DNA of 64,000 nt, from NCBI RefSeq assembly GCF_963921235.1, contig NC_086097.1:142354001-142418000 (forward strand), given 5' to 3'. Below the pieces are notes generated by a model. That model ran no database searches. It had not been told where the DNA came from and was given only the letters and a program-made list of their open reading frames with translations. Positions 48,230 through 61,068 of this stretch are shown here, in pieces. The stretch is from Mobula hypostoma (Eukaryota). Position 1 is the first letter of the stretch, and every line of letters starts with the position of its first letter. The position numbers and the translations under genes are program-made.

Positions 48230-49950
48230 AGGTCATGATCTTTCAAGCATCACTTGATTCTGGCATGGTCGTGGAGGATTGGAAAACTGCAAATGTCACT
48301 CCATTCTTTAAGAAGGGAGGAAAACAAAAGAGAGGAAATAATAGGCCAGTTAGCCTAACCTCAGTGAGAGAAAGAGCGCGTGCCATGGGAGAGTGTTCCA
48401 AAAAAAAAAGAAAATATAAAATGTACGTCACCCCAGACTAGACTAAAGTGTACCCCTGCCTAATAGGGGTCAAAAATAATGACAGTGTTGCTCGCTGCAC
48501 TGTTTGCAACAGTGACTTTTCTATTGCCCATGGTGGGTTAGGACTGTAAAAGACATGTTGAGGTGAGTTTAACAGGTGTCATTCATTCATTAGCATAGCT
48601 AACATTATTTAAACTAGGAGCTACTCTATTGCAGACATCCAACCTCTCCCGGAAGTCTCCCGCAAAGTGATGGTGCTACCTCCCTGAAATGAGTTTTTGC
48701 AGGGTGGGATATCTGAAATATGTCAAAGTCAGCATTGTTTCTGTAAAGGGAAATCTTGCCTGACAAATCTGTTCGAGTTCTTCGAGGAAGTAACAAGTGG
48801 GATGGACAAAGGAGAGGCAGTGGATGTCATTTACTTAGAATTTCAGAAGGCATTTGATAAGGTGCCCCACATGAGGCTGCTTAACAAGATAAAATCGTAT
48901 GGTTTTATAGGAAATATACTGGCATAGATAGAGGATTTGCTGGCAGACAGGAGGCAGTGAGTGGGCCTGTTCTGGTTGGCTGCCAATGACTAGTGCTGTC
49001 CCTCGGGTCAGTATTGGAACCGCTACTTTTCACATTGTTTGTCAAGGATTTAGATAGTGGCTTTGTGGCAAAGTTTGCCGATGATACAAAGATAGCTGGA
49101 GGGGTAGGAAGTGCTGAGGAAGCAATGCAATTGCAGCAGGACTTAGACAAATCGTAAAAATGGGCAAAGAAGTGGCAGATGGAATATAGTGTTGGGAAAT
49201 GTATGATAATGCATTTTGGTAAAAGGAAAAATAGTGCAGTCTATTACCTAAATGGGGAGAAATTTCAAACATCAAAGGTGCAAAGGAACTTAGGAATCCT
49301 CATGCAAGACTCCCAGAAGGTTAATTTACAGGTCGAGTGTGTGGTAAAGAAGGCAAATGCAATGTTGGCATTTATTTCAAGGGGAATAGAATATAAAAAC
49401 AAGGAAGTAATGCTGAAGCTGTATAAGACACTAGTCAGGCCACACTTGGAGTATTGTCAACAGTTTTGGGCCCCTTATCTCAGAAAAGATGTATTGTCAT
49501 TGGAGAGAGTCCAGAGGAAGCTCAGGAGGATAATTCCAGACATGAAAGGGTTAACATATGAGGAGCATTTGGCAGCTTTGGATCTATGCTCACTGGAATT
49601 TAGAAGAATGCATGGGGATCTCATTGAAACCTACTGAGTGTTGAAAGGACGAGATAAGGTGGATGTGGAGAGGATGTTCCCTCTGGTAGGAGTATCCAGA
49701 ACTAAAGAGGAATTTTTTTAGCCAAAGGGTTGTGAATCTGCAGAATGGTCTGCTACAGACTGCGGTGGAGGCCAAGTCTGTGGTATATTTAAACCGGAAT
49801 TTGATAGATTCCTGATTGGTCAGGGCATCAAGGGATATGGTGAGAGGGCAGTGTATGGTGTTGAGTGGGATCTGGGATTAGCCATGATAAAATGGTGGAG
49901 CAGACTTGATGAACTGAATGGCCTAATTCTGCTCCTATGTCTGATAGTCT
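48230..49950 (+). mobile_element. CR1 LINE fragment nested in the Gypsy gag
   Basis: DWKTANVTPFFKKG, KSCLTNL, FQKAFDKVPH, FADDTK, LVRPHLEYC, CR1 3'UTR. Confidence 0.9.
48366..48715 (+). mobile_element. hAT-like DNA transposon remnant (BED-type finger + terminal inverted repeat unit)
   Basis: KVYPCLIGVKNNDSVARCTVCNSDFSIAHGG..DCKRHVE|gtgagt; cagacatccaacc (48632) / ggtgggatatctg (48715). Confidence 0.65.
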
Positions 49951-51769
49951 TGTGGTCTAATTTGCTCGGCCAGACAGGTTTCTGTTTAGACATCGCAATT
50001 CTGTTCACACTCACTTGCTTTCCTAACTGCAACTGGATTGCATTTCTGGCTGCGGTTTCCATTGATACAGCAATCTCAACAGCACTTTTAAATGTGAGTT
50101 GTGCTTCAGTTAGGAGCCATTTTTGAATGCAAACTAAGTGACCTCCCCAGTGCATCATCAAGCCCATCACTGAACTGATAACGCTCAATTTTTTCAATTC
50201 AGCCACAAATGATGAAATGGACCCCCCTTCCTTTTGATTTGCTTATGAAACACAAAATGTTCTGCGATCATCAATAGTCTCGGTTCTAAATGTTCCTGCA
50301 TTACTTTTATGATATTTGCAAAGCTCATTTCATCGGGTTTAATTGAAGCAGTCAAATTTCTAAGCATTTTAACCTATTGCAGTCAGCAAAACTGGCACAT
50401 GTTTTGCATTGGCTATTTCATTTGCTTCAAAGTTCTGCTCAATTCATTCAGTATACAATTTCCAGTTATCTGTTGTACAGTCAAATCCGTCCATCTTTCC
50501 GATGTAAGTAGCCATTTCTGCCTTTTTAAAAAATTTTTATGGTCACCCAATACTCACTGTTCATGAACCTGTAAATTTTGTCAATTTTCTGCCTATTTTT
50601 TAAACTCGACTGTATCTCTCCTTTTTTGACGAGACACATGCTGCGCTTTTTTTTAACTCGACCGTCTTCTCCCCTTTCCTTAAAACTTAACTATCTTCTC
50701 CACTTTGGAAGAAAAATAATCTGCCACTATTCTTTTTAAACTGAACTACTCTCTCTCTCCTTCGAAAGAACAATTAGGTAGTCTTCTTGGATTTGTTTTA
50801 GAACTGACTAGTCACCACTGTTATGATTTGTAACTCCAAAACATAAAAATTAATTGAAAGAAAAGCATGAAGCCAAGTATAACTTGTCTACGTTTGTTTT
50901 TACTTTAGTGAGGCACATACTTATGACATGGTGGCATAATGACATATGCCATTCACATACTTTTACATATAAACTGTAATGGATTATGTAAACAACAAAG
51001 AATACAAACAATATATTTACTATATTACTCAAATATTAAATACACAACACTGTCACCTTGAAATGATGTTAAACAAAAGTCCTATGGCATTATTTGAAGA
51101 AAGGAAGTGTCCAAATAAAAGGTCTGTACTTTGGTTTCATCATTTTCAACTGATGAAGGAGATAGTCTGTAAAAGAGTTTATTAAATGAATGTAGAAGTA
51201 TTATTTCAGTGCATAAAATGTGAATTAATGGAAATCCTTAATTTAGAAGATGGTGGAAGCTGTAACAATATATTTATTTATTTGTTCATGAGATGTTGAC
51301 GTTGCTGGCAGACATTCATTCCCAATTACCCAAGGGTTGAAGAGACAATTAAGAATCAACCATATTGGAGGCAAGTAGTACCATATAGGCCAGAGCAGAT
51401 AAGGATAGTAGATTTACTTCTTAAAAGGTATTGTAAAACATGGTTTACTAGTTTTACAGTTACCATTATCAAGACCAGCCTTTAAATTTAAATCCCAGAT
51501 TTGTTTAATTACTTAAATTTAAATTCCGTGGTTGCTAGGGTGGGATTTAAATGTATACCTCTCGATTAATGAGGTAACAGTGATATTGCCAATAGAATTG
51601 CTGCCTCACAAATCTAGCGATCCAGTTGAATCCAAAGTCCAATGCTCTCAGTGCTTATGATGTCATTCACTACAATATTGTGAGGGTATGGTTACCATAT
51701 CTTGTGATTATTTTTGTGTACTTTTCAACTTATGAACAAAACTGACTTTTGGACATCTGTAAAAATGGA

Positions 51770-52255
51770 ACCCGTTTGTTACTCCAAACAACAAAGATCC
51801 CCATGCCAATCCGTGCAGTACACCACTTGTTACAGAAAGAAATAACCATTCACCACTATGCTACCTTCATTAATTTTCTTTTTACCACCACAAAAAACAG
51901 AAAACAGATTTGTAAGTTATGATCGTCCCTGCACAAAAGCATGCTGATTCCTCCTAGTCTTGCTTTTCCAAATAAACATAAATATCCTGTTTTTTTCTGA
52001 ATTTTCTCCAATAACCTCCCTGCTACTGACATAAGGTTCATTAGCTTCAAGTTTCCAGGATTATCCCTACTGCCCTTTCTAACTGGCATCTACATTAGCT
52101 GCCACCCAGTCTTCTGGCAGCTCACCCACATCTAATAAAGATGCAGAAATCTCTGCCAGATCCCTACTAATCTCCCTGACTTCCCTTAGCTTGCTGGTCA
52201 GGCCCTGAACATTTATCCGTGCTAATGTGCTCCAGCATTTCTAACAGTTCCTTCT
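51770..52255 (-). mobile_element. Degraded CR1 fragment
   Basis: RKGSRDNPGN..MSVAGRLLEKI. Confidence 0.7.
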
Positions 52256-52881
52256 TTCAGCTATAGATTAGAACATTAGAATATTGGAAAGTTTTTGACA
52301 AGAACAGGCCATTTGGCTCATTAAAGCTTGCCAAATTCCTATTCACTTAGTGTGTTGAAATAACTGTCAAGTTTAGATTTGAAAGTCTCTAAGATTCTGC
52401 TCTCAACCAAACCTGGTAGTTTGTTCCGTGTGTCCACAACTTGCTGTGTAAAAAACGCTTCCTGTTTTTAGTCTGAAATCTCCCCTTAACCATTCTCCAC
52501 CTATGGCCCTGTGTCCTTGATGATGGAATTACTCTGAAGTAGCAGCTGGCTTCACTTCACTTATACCCTTAATGTTTTGAACACTTCTATAATGTCTCCT
52601 CTCAGTCTATGTCAGCATAGGCTGAAAAGGTTTAATTCTTTCAATCTTTCTTCATAGATCATACCCTGCAGACCTGGAATGAGTCCAGTCGCCCTTCCTT
52701 GCCTGCAGAGCATTCACATCCATCACACAATATGGAGACCAAAATGGAGACAGTATTCAAAGTGTGGCCTCACAAGTGCCTAAAACAATTTAACGAGAAT
52801 GTCTCTTGACTTGAATTCCACTGACTGCACTATAGCCCAACATTCTATTAGTCTTCCTAATCATTTTTGTGAATTGTCTAG

Positions 52882-54718
52882 ATGTTGGTGAAGGATAATC
52901 CAAAGAGCTTTTACAGGTATATTAAGAGTAAAAGGATTGTAAGGGATAAAATTGGTCCTCTTGAAGATCAGAGTGGTCGGTTATGTGCGGAACCAAAAGA
53001 AATGGGGGAGATCTTAAATGGGTTTTTTGTGTCTGTATTTACTAAGGAAACTGGCATGAAGTCTATGGAATTAAGGGAAACAAGTAGTGAGATCATGGAA
53101 ACTGTACAGATTGAAAAGGAGGAGGTGCTTGCTATCTTGAGGAAAATTAAAGTGGATAAATCCCCAGGACCTGACAGGGTGTTCCCTGGGATCTTGAAGG
53201 AGACTAGTGTTGAAATTGCAGGGGCCCTGGCAGAAATATTTAAAATGTCGGTGTCTACGGGTGAGGTGCCGGAGGATTGGAGCGTGGCTCGTGTTGTTCT
53301 GTTGCTTAAAAAAGGATCAAAAAGTAATCCGGGAAATTATAGGCCGGTAAGTTTGATGTCGGTAGTGAGTAAGTTATTGGAGGGAGTACTAAGAGACAGA
53401 ATCGAGAAGCATTTGGATAGACAGGGACTTATTAGGGAGAGTCAACATGGCTTTGTGCGTGGTAGGTCATGTTTGACCAATCTATTGGAGTCTTTCGAGG
53501 AGGTTACCAGGAAAGTGGATGAAGGGAAGGCAGTGGATGTTGTCTACATGGACTTCAGTAAGGCCTTTGACAAGGTCCCGCATGGGAGGTTAGTTAGGAA
53601 AATTCAGTCACTAGGTATACATGGAGAGGTGGTAGATTGGATTAGACATTGGCTCAATGGAAGAAGCCAAAGAGTGGTAATAGAGAATTGCTTCTCAGAG
53701 TGGAGGCCTGTGACTAGTGGTGTGCCACAGGGATCAGTGCTGGGTCCATTGTTATTTGTCATCTGGATGATAATGTGGTAAATTGGATCAGCAAATTTGC
53801 TGATGATACAAAGATTATACAAAGATACAAAGTGTAGTAGACAGTGAGGAAGGTTTTCACAGTCTGCAGAGGGACTTGGACCAGCTGGAAAAATGGGCTG
53901 AAAAATGGCAGATGGAGTTTAATATAGACAAGTGTGAGGTATTACACTTTGGAAGGACAAACCAAGGTAGAACATACAGGGTTAATGGTAAGGCACTGAG
54001 GAGTGCAGTAGAACAGAGGGATCTGTGAATACAGATACAAAATTCCTTAAAAGTGGCGTCACAGGTAGATAGGGTTGTAAAGAGAGCTTTTGGTACATTG
54101 GCCTTTATTAATCAAAGTATTGAGTATAAGAGCTGGAATGTTATGATGAGGTTGTATAAGGCATTGGTGAGGCCGAATCTGTGTTGTGTTCAGTTTTGGT
54201 CACCAAATTACAGGAAGGATATTAGTAAGGTTGAAAGAGTGCAGAGAAGGTTTACAAGGATGTTGCCAGGACTTGAGAAACTCAGTTACAGAGAAAGGTT
54301 GAATAGGTTAGGACTTTATTCCCTGGAGCGTAGAAGAATGAGGGGAGATTTGATAGAGGTATATAAAATTATGATGGGTATAGATAGAGTGAATGCAAGC
54401 AGGCTTTTTCCACTGAGGCAAGGGGAGAAAAAAACCAGAGGGCATGGGTTAAGGATGAGGGGGGAAAAGTTTAAAGGGAACATTAGGGGGGCTTCTTCAC
54501 ACAGAGAGCGGTAGGAGTATGGAATGAGCTGCCAGACGAGGTGGTAAATGCGGGTTCTTTTTTAACATTTAAGAATAAATTGGACAGATACATGGATGGG
54601 AGGTGTATGGAGGGATATGGTCCGTGTGCAGGTCAGTGGGACTAAGCAGAAAATGGTTCGGCACAGCCAAGAAGGGCCAAAAGACCTGTTTCTGTGCTGT
54701 AGTTTTTCTCTGGTTTCT
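52882..54718 (+). mobile_element. Young CR1 LINE, 5'-truncated ORF2 (RT) + 3'UTR
   Basis: 299-aa ORF with KSPGPD, NYRPVSL, QHGFVRGRSCLTNL, DFSKAFDKVPH, GVPQGSVLGPLLF; ttctatg-type tail; short duplication atgttg. Confidence 0.95.
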
Positions 54719-55380
54719 ATGTTGACACTGATGAGTCTACCAGGAAACCCAAATCCTTCTCATACAGTGTACTTTCTAACTCAAGACCGCACCCCCCCCG
54801 CCTAAAATTTCTACTTCCTATATGTAATACTCTACATTTACTCACATTATATTTCATCTGCCATTTATCTGCCCACATCTGGATTTTGGTTAGACCAAAC
54901 TGTATTGATTCTGCTGCCTGAATGTTATCAGCTCATCCCCCTAATTTTGTGTCATTGGCAAAACTTTACTAGTTTATTTGTTATGTTCTTATCCAAATCA
55001 TTAATGTCAATTAAAAACAGCAGCCCCAAAACTGATCCCTGCGGAACTCCACTTTTAACAACTTCTAGGTGTGAAAATAATCCTCTCACCATAACTCGTT
55101 TTCTGTTTTTGAGCCAAATTTTCATGCATTTGAATACCCTACCCAGAATCCCTATCTCCTGTAATTTTATTATTAATTTTTCATGGGGTACATTCTCAAA
55201 GGTCTTCTAGAGTTCAAATAAATTATATCGACTGCTCTATTGTTGTCCTAAATTTTAATTGTCTCTTCATAGAACTCCAGCATATGAGTAAAACACGATT
55301 TCCCCTTTCTAAACCCATATTGGCTTTCTGCTAACATGCCTGTTCTTATCAGCTGCTTTTCCATCTCATTCTTTATTATT

Positions 55381-56012
55381 AAAAGTCGGCAGGAGGAGAG
55401 AAAGCAGCGTGCCGCATGTGCGCAGCCCTCTGGTGAAAAATGATATTGTATCCGTTAAATAGGGGCTGTGGACAATTCTGATTTGATGGAGATGGACGTG
55501 AAAGCACAGAGGAACATCTGGAAAAATTTCTGAAACGTTCGTTTGCTGCTGTCGTTACTGCGTGGTCAGGAATCTTTTGGAGGGAAGGCCTCAAAATCCC
55601 CAGCTTTGCCTGCTGTTGGCGACCGAGATGGAGGTCGAATCGCTCGGATAGAGATGGCGCTCAGTACTCGGTGTCGGAGAGCTGATCAGAGCTCAAAGTT
55701 TTCGGATGACTCAGAGTCGGACCGTGGTCGGGTATGGCAGGGAGAGTTTTTCTTCCTTCTCCGGTCTGCGTGAGATGTGCGACATTTGAGAGACTTTGAA
55801 CTTTTACTGTGCTCATGGACTTCTTCATCGAGTTATGGTGTTGTTGCACTGTTGTAACTATATGTTATAATTATGTGGTTTTGTTAGTTTTTTTCAGTCT
55901 TGGTCTGACCTGTGTTTTGTGCTATCACACCGGAGGAAATATTGTATCATTTCTTAATGCATGCATTACTAAATGACAATAAAAGAGGACTGCGTGTCTT
56001 CATAATCTAATC
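55381..56012 (+). mobile_element. GC-rich non-autonomous retroposon (family of 7588-8208)
   Basis: Colinear with 7588-8208; CpG-rich; (aatct)n tail. Confidence 0.7.
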
Positions 56013-57257
56013 TTGCCTGTCATGCATGTTAAGCTTCCTGGTCTATAGTTACCAAGGTCAGTGCAGTCACCCTTCTTATATACTGGGCCAATGTTAGCCC
56101 ATTTACAGTCCTTAAGGATTTCACCAGTCTTCAATGACTTTTGAAAAATTCATGTTAGAGGTCTGTATATATAACCACAGTCCTCTTTAAGTACCATTGG
56201 ATATGTTGTCTGGCCCTGGAGATTTATTAACTTTCAGCCTTTTCAGCAGAACTTCACTTTCCAAGATCTCCAAGTCACTTAAGACAACTTTATTTTTCTC
56301 TACACTTACTGCTAACATCTTCACAGGGGAATACTTCAGCAAAATATGAGTTAAGAGTATCTGTTATGTCCTTCTCTGCATAATTTAACACCCCACTATT
56401 ATTCCTAATACACTTCTTCCTTGACTTTTCTTTTACTACTAAAGTATTGGAAAAAATCTCTCAGGGTTAATCTTAGCATTATCACCAATATCCTTCACAG
56501 CCTGCCTTTAGGCAATCTGAATTTCCCTCTTGACTTTCGCTCTCATATTTTCATATGCCCTACGGTTAACATCATTACTGTTTTTTCAGTATTCCATATA
56601 TAGCTGCCTTTTCTTCAAAAATGTTAATGTATATTTTTATTCATCCATGCAGTTGATGTATTGTTTTTATTGCTTTTCCCGACCTTGGGTATGAACATTT
56701 CCTGCACTGCATGTATTACCTCTTTAAATTACCCTATTGTTCCTAAACTGACTCAATGTCAAGCAGTTCCTTCCATTTTACCTTCTGAAGTTTTTGCTGC
56801 ATCTGCACAAAACTTCACCTTTTAGAAATTCAATTTCATGGCTTTGTTTTTTACCGATGTACTGTTTGACTTTTTTACTAATATACGCTTTGCTCCAGAA
56901 CATCAGTGCACCCCTCTTTTCACTTTCCAGCCTCTACATTCTTTTTCCTGTTGACAATTAATGAGATAAACTCATTCAGGAATTCACTCAGATCCCCTGC
57001 CTCCACACAAACATTACCTCTGTAGTCCCCAAGAAGACCTACCTTTCTTAAAACCTTTCTGGCTTTTAATATTTATTTTAAAAATTAGGGTTCTTCTTAA
57101 TCCTTCTTGCCAAGATCATTTCACATCACCTTTATGCCATCCTAATTTCTTTCATAAGTATTTTCATAAACCCCCTATAAACCAGGGGACTAACTTGATA
57201 TCAATTACATATACCTGACATATGCTTCTTTAATTTCCCTGATCAAACCTTCAATAT

Positions 57258-60200
57258 TTTGATGAGGAACTGGCACAGGAAGCAGGGGTTCAGATTTATG
57301 GATCATTGGGATCTCTTCTGGGGAAGGTATGACCTGTACAAAAGGGATGGGTTACACCTGAATCCAAGGGGGTTCAATAGGTGGTTGGCTAAAGTTGTTC
57401 GGGTGGATTTAAACTAACTTGGCAGGGGGATGGGAACTGGAGTGATAGTGCTGAGGATGGGTAGTTGGTTTACAAAGGCGATGTGTAGTGAGACTCCGAG
57501 CAGGGAAAGGCTGCTGATAGCGCAAAATTACAGTCAACAGAATCAGCTGCAATGTAATACAGGACTGAAGGTGTTATATTTGAATGCGCCTAGTATATGG
57601 AATAAGTTATAGCACAGTTACAGTTTGGCATGTATGATGTAGGCATCACTGAATCATGGCTGAAAGAAAATTATAGCTGGGAGCTCAATGCCCAAGGAAA
57701 CACATTGTATCAAAAGAACAGGCAGGAAGACAGAGGGGGTGGCATGGCTATTGGTAAAAAATGAAATTAAATCCTTAGAAAGAGGTGACATAGGGTCAGA
57801 AGGTGTTGAATCATTCTGTATAGAGCTAAGGAACTGCAAGGATAAAGAGACACTGACGGGAGTTGTATACAGACCTCCAAACAGTAGTAAGGATGTGGTC
57901 TACAAATTACAACGAGAGATAAAAAAAATACATGCCAAAAGGGCAATGTTACAATAGTCATGGGGGATTTCTATATGCAGGTAGATTGGGAAAATCAGGT
58001 TGCTGCTGTATTCGTAGACAGGGATGTTCTAGAATGCCTACAAGATGACTTTTTAGAGCAGCTCGTGATTGAGCTCACTAGGGGATCAGCTATTCTGGAT
58101 TGGATGTTGCACAATGAACCAGAATTGATTAGAGAGCTTAAGGTAAAAGAACCCTTGGGCCAAGTGATCATAATATGATCAAATTCACCCTGAAATTTGA
58201 GGAGGAGCTAAAATCATATGTATCAGTGTTACAGTGGAGTAAAGGGAATTACAGAAGCATGAGAGAGTAGTTGCCCAATCCGATTGGAAAAGAACGCTGG
58301 CAGGGATGACAGCAAAGCAGCAATGGCTGGTTATTTCAGGAAGCAATTTGGAAGGCACAGGATATATACATCCCAAGGAGGAAAAAGTATTCTAAAGGCA
58401 AGATGATATAACCATGCCTAACAAGGGAAGTCAAAGCCAACATAAAAGTCAAAGAGTCAAAAGAGCTGATTATGAACTTCAGGAAGGTAAGACAAGGGAA
58501 CATGAACCAATCCTCAGAGAAATCAGAAGTGGAATGAGTGAGCAATTTCAAGTTCCTGGGAATCAAAATCTCTGAGGATCTAACTTGGTGTCAACATATT
58601 GATGCATAAAGAAGGCAAGACAGCAGCTATTAGGAGTTTGAAGGCATTTGGTTTCTCAACTAAATCACTCAAAAACTTCTATAGATGTACTGTGGAGAGC
58701 ATTCTGACAGGCTGCATCACTGTCTGATATGGAGGGTGGGAGGCGCTACTACACAGGACCAAAAGAAGCTACAGAAAATTGTAAAATTAGTCTGTAGTAC
58801 CCGAGACATCTTTAAGGAGCAGTGCTTCAGAAAGGCGACGTCCATTATTAAGGACCCTCATCACCCAGGCTCTTCTCATTGTTATCATCAGGGAGAAGGT
58901 ACAGAACCCTAAAGGTGTATGCTCAGCAATTCAGGAACAGCTTCTTCCCCCCTGCCATCCGATTCCTAAATGTTCTTTGAACCTATAAATACTACCTCAC
59001 TTCTTTAATATATATTATTTCAGTTTTTGCACTAATTTTAATCTATTCAACATACATATACATACTTCTCTTTTCTTTCTATATTATCATATATTGCATT
59101 GAACAGCTTCTGCGAAATTAACAAATTTCACAAAACCTGCCAGTGATAATAAATCTGATTCTTATTCTGATACAATGGAGCAAAAATTAGTAGGAAGTTA
59201 GAGGTTTGGGAAGCTTCTAAAAACAAACACAAGGCAACCAAAAAGTTGTTAAGAAGGTAAAGATGGAATACAAAAGTAAGCTAGCTAATAATATTGAAGA
59301 GGATACCAGAAGTTTCTTCATATATACAGTATAAAGTGTAAAAGAGAGGTGAGAGTGGATATTGGACTGCTGGAAAATGAAGCTGGGAGGTAGTAATGGA
59401 GGACAAGGAAATGGCAGATGAACTGAATAAGTATTTTGCATCAGTCTTTACCTTGGAAGTCACTATCAGTGCGCTGGAAGTTCCAGGTATCAGGGGTCAT
59501 GAAGAGTGTAAAGTTAGTATAATTAGAGAGAAGGTTCATGGGAAGCAGAAAGGTCTGAAGGTAGATAAGTCACCTGGACCAGATGGTGTACACCCCAGGG
59601 TTCTGAAAGAGGCGGCTGAAAAGATTGTGGAGGTATTAGTAATGATCTTTCAAGAATCACTGGATTCTAGAAGACTGGAAAATTGCAAACGGCACTCCAG
59701 TCTTCAAGAAGGGAGAGGGTTAAAAGAAAGGAAATTATAGGCCAGTTAATCTAACCCAGTGGTTGGGAAGATGTTGGAGTCAATTGTTAAGGATGTAGTT
59801 TTGGGATACTTTGAGGTACATGATAAAATAGGCCATAGTCAGCATAGTTTCCTCAAGGGAAAATCTTGCCTGACAAATCTGTTGGAATTATTTGAAGAAA
59901 TAACAAGCAGGATAGACAAAGGAGAATTAGTTAATGTTGTGTATTTGGATCTTCAGAAGGCCTTTGACAAGTGCTACACATGAGGCTGCTTATCAAACTA
60001 CAAGCCCATGGTATTACATGAAAGATTTTAGCATGGATAAAGCAGTTGTTGATTGGCGGAAGACAAAGAGTGGGAATAAAGGGAGTCTTTTCTGTTTGGC
60101 TGCTGGTGACATGTGATGTTCCACCGGGGTCTGTGTTGGGATTACTTCTTTTTATGTTATATGTCAATAATTTGAATGATGGAATTGATGGCTTTGTTGC

Positions 60201-61068
60201 AAATTTTGCAGACAATATGAAGATAGGTGTAGGGACAGGTATTTTTGAGCAAGTAAAGAGGCTACAGAAGAACTTAGACAGATTAGGAGAATGGGCAAAG
60301 AAGAGGCAGATGGAATATAGTGTTGGAAAATTGTATGATCATGCACTTTGGTAGAAGAAAAGAATGGGTAGACTATTTTATAAGTGGAGAGAAATTACAA
60401 AAAACTGAGATGCAAAGGGACTTGGGAGTCCTTGTGCAGGTTGAGTCTGTGGTGAGGAAGGCAAATGTGATGTTAGCATTCATTTCTGGACTATAAAAGC
60501 AAGGGTGCAAATGTTGATACTGTATAAAGCACTGGTGAGGCCTCTCTTGGAGTATTGTGAGCAGTTTTGGGCCCCTTATCTTGGAAAGGATGTGCCGAAA
60601 CTGGAGAAGGTTCAAGGGAGGTTCATGAAAATGATTCCAGGATTGAATGGCTTGTCATATGAAGAGCATTAGAATTCAGAAGAATGAGGGGTGACCTCAT
60701 TGAAACCTATCAAATGGTGAAAGGCCTTGATAGAGTTGATGTGGAGAGGATGTTTCCTGTGGTGGGAGAGTCCAAGACACAGCTTCAGAATAGAGGGGTG
60801 TCCCTTTAAAACAGAGATGAGGAGGAATTTCTTCAGCCAGTGGGTAGTGAATCTGTGGAATTTGTTGCCATAGGTAGCTGTGGAGGCCAAGTCCTTATGT
60901 ATATTTAAGGCAGAGATTGATAGGTTCTTGATTGGTCAGGGCATGAAGGGAGATATGAGGAGAAGTCAGGAGATTGAGGCTGAGAGGGAGAATGGAACAG
61001 CCATGATGAAATGGTGGAGCGGACTCGATGGGCCAAATGGCCTAATTCTGCTCCTATGTCTTATGATC
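57258..61068 (+). mobile_element. Long degraded CR1 LINE: ORF1 esterase end + APE + RT + 3'UTR
   Basis: DHWDLFWGRYDLYKRDGLHLN (SGNH-like), LYLNAPSI.NK, GITESWL, GVVYRPPN, MGDF, KSPGPDGVHPRVLKE, KSCLTNL, FADN. Confidence 0.9.
58455..59170 (+). mobile_element. Rex1-type LINE 3' fragment nested in the CR1
   Basis: FKFLGI, FYRCTVESILTGCIT, SIIKDPHHPG; (ttctga)n tail. Confidence 0.85.

Larger units (their letters stand above)
45268..51049 (-). mobile_element. Older Gypsy LTR retrotransposon with nested insertions
   Basis: Diverged ~235-bp LTRs 45268-45504 and 50819-51049 (TGTT..AACA); TSD ctgcc/ctgtc; PR MELDTGLAVSVI; RT SPWATPV, RICGDF, YPLPRIED, YLDD; RNase H AEKNYAQ..YGREFTLITDH. Confidence 0.9.
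45115..51115 (+). mobile_element. DeuSINE-like remnant split by the Gypsy element (pieces 45115-45267 and 51050-51115)
   Basis: gtactgaggga..agatattaaacaagagcctaacctgcc | ..aaaagtcctatggcattatttgaagaa resembles the Deu domain. Confidence 0.55.
52265..56850 (-). mobile_element. CR1-type LINE (minus), interrupted by two younger insertions
   Basis: Reverse strand carries GVPQGSVLG-, FAND- and RPHLEY-like remnants; the host sequence is continuous across 52882/54720. Confidence 0.75.
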
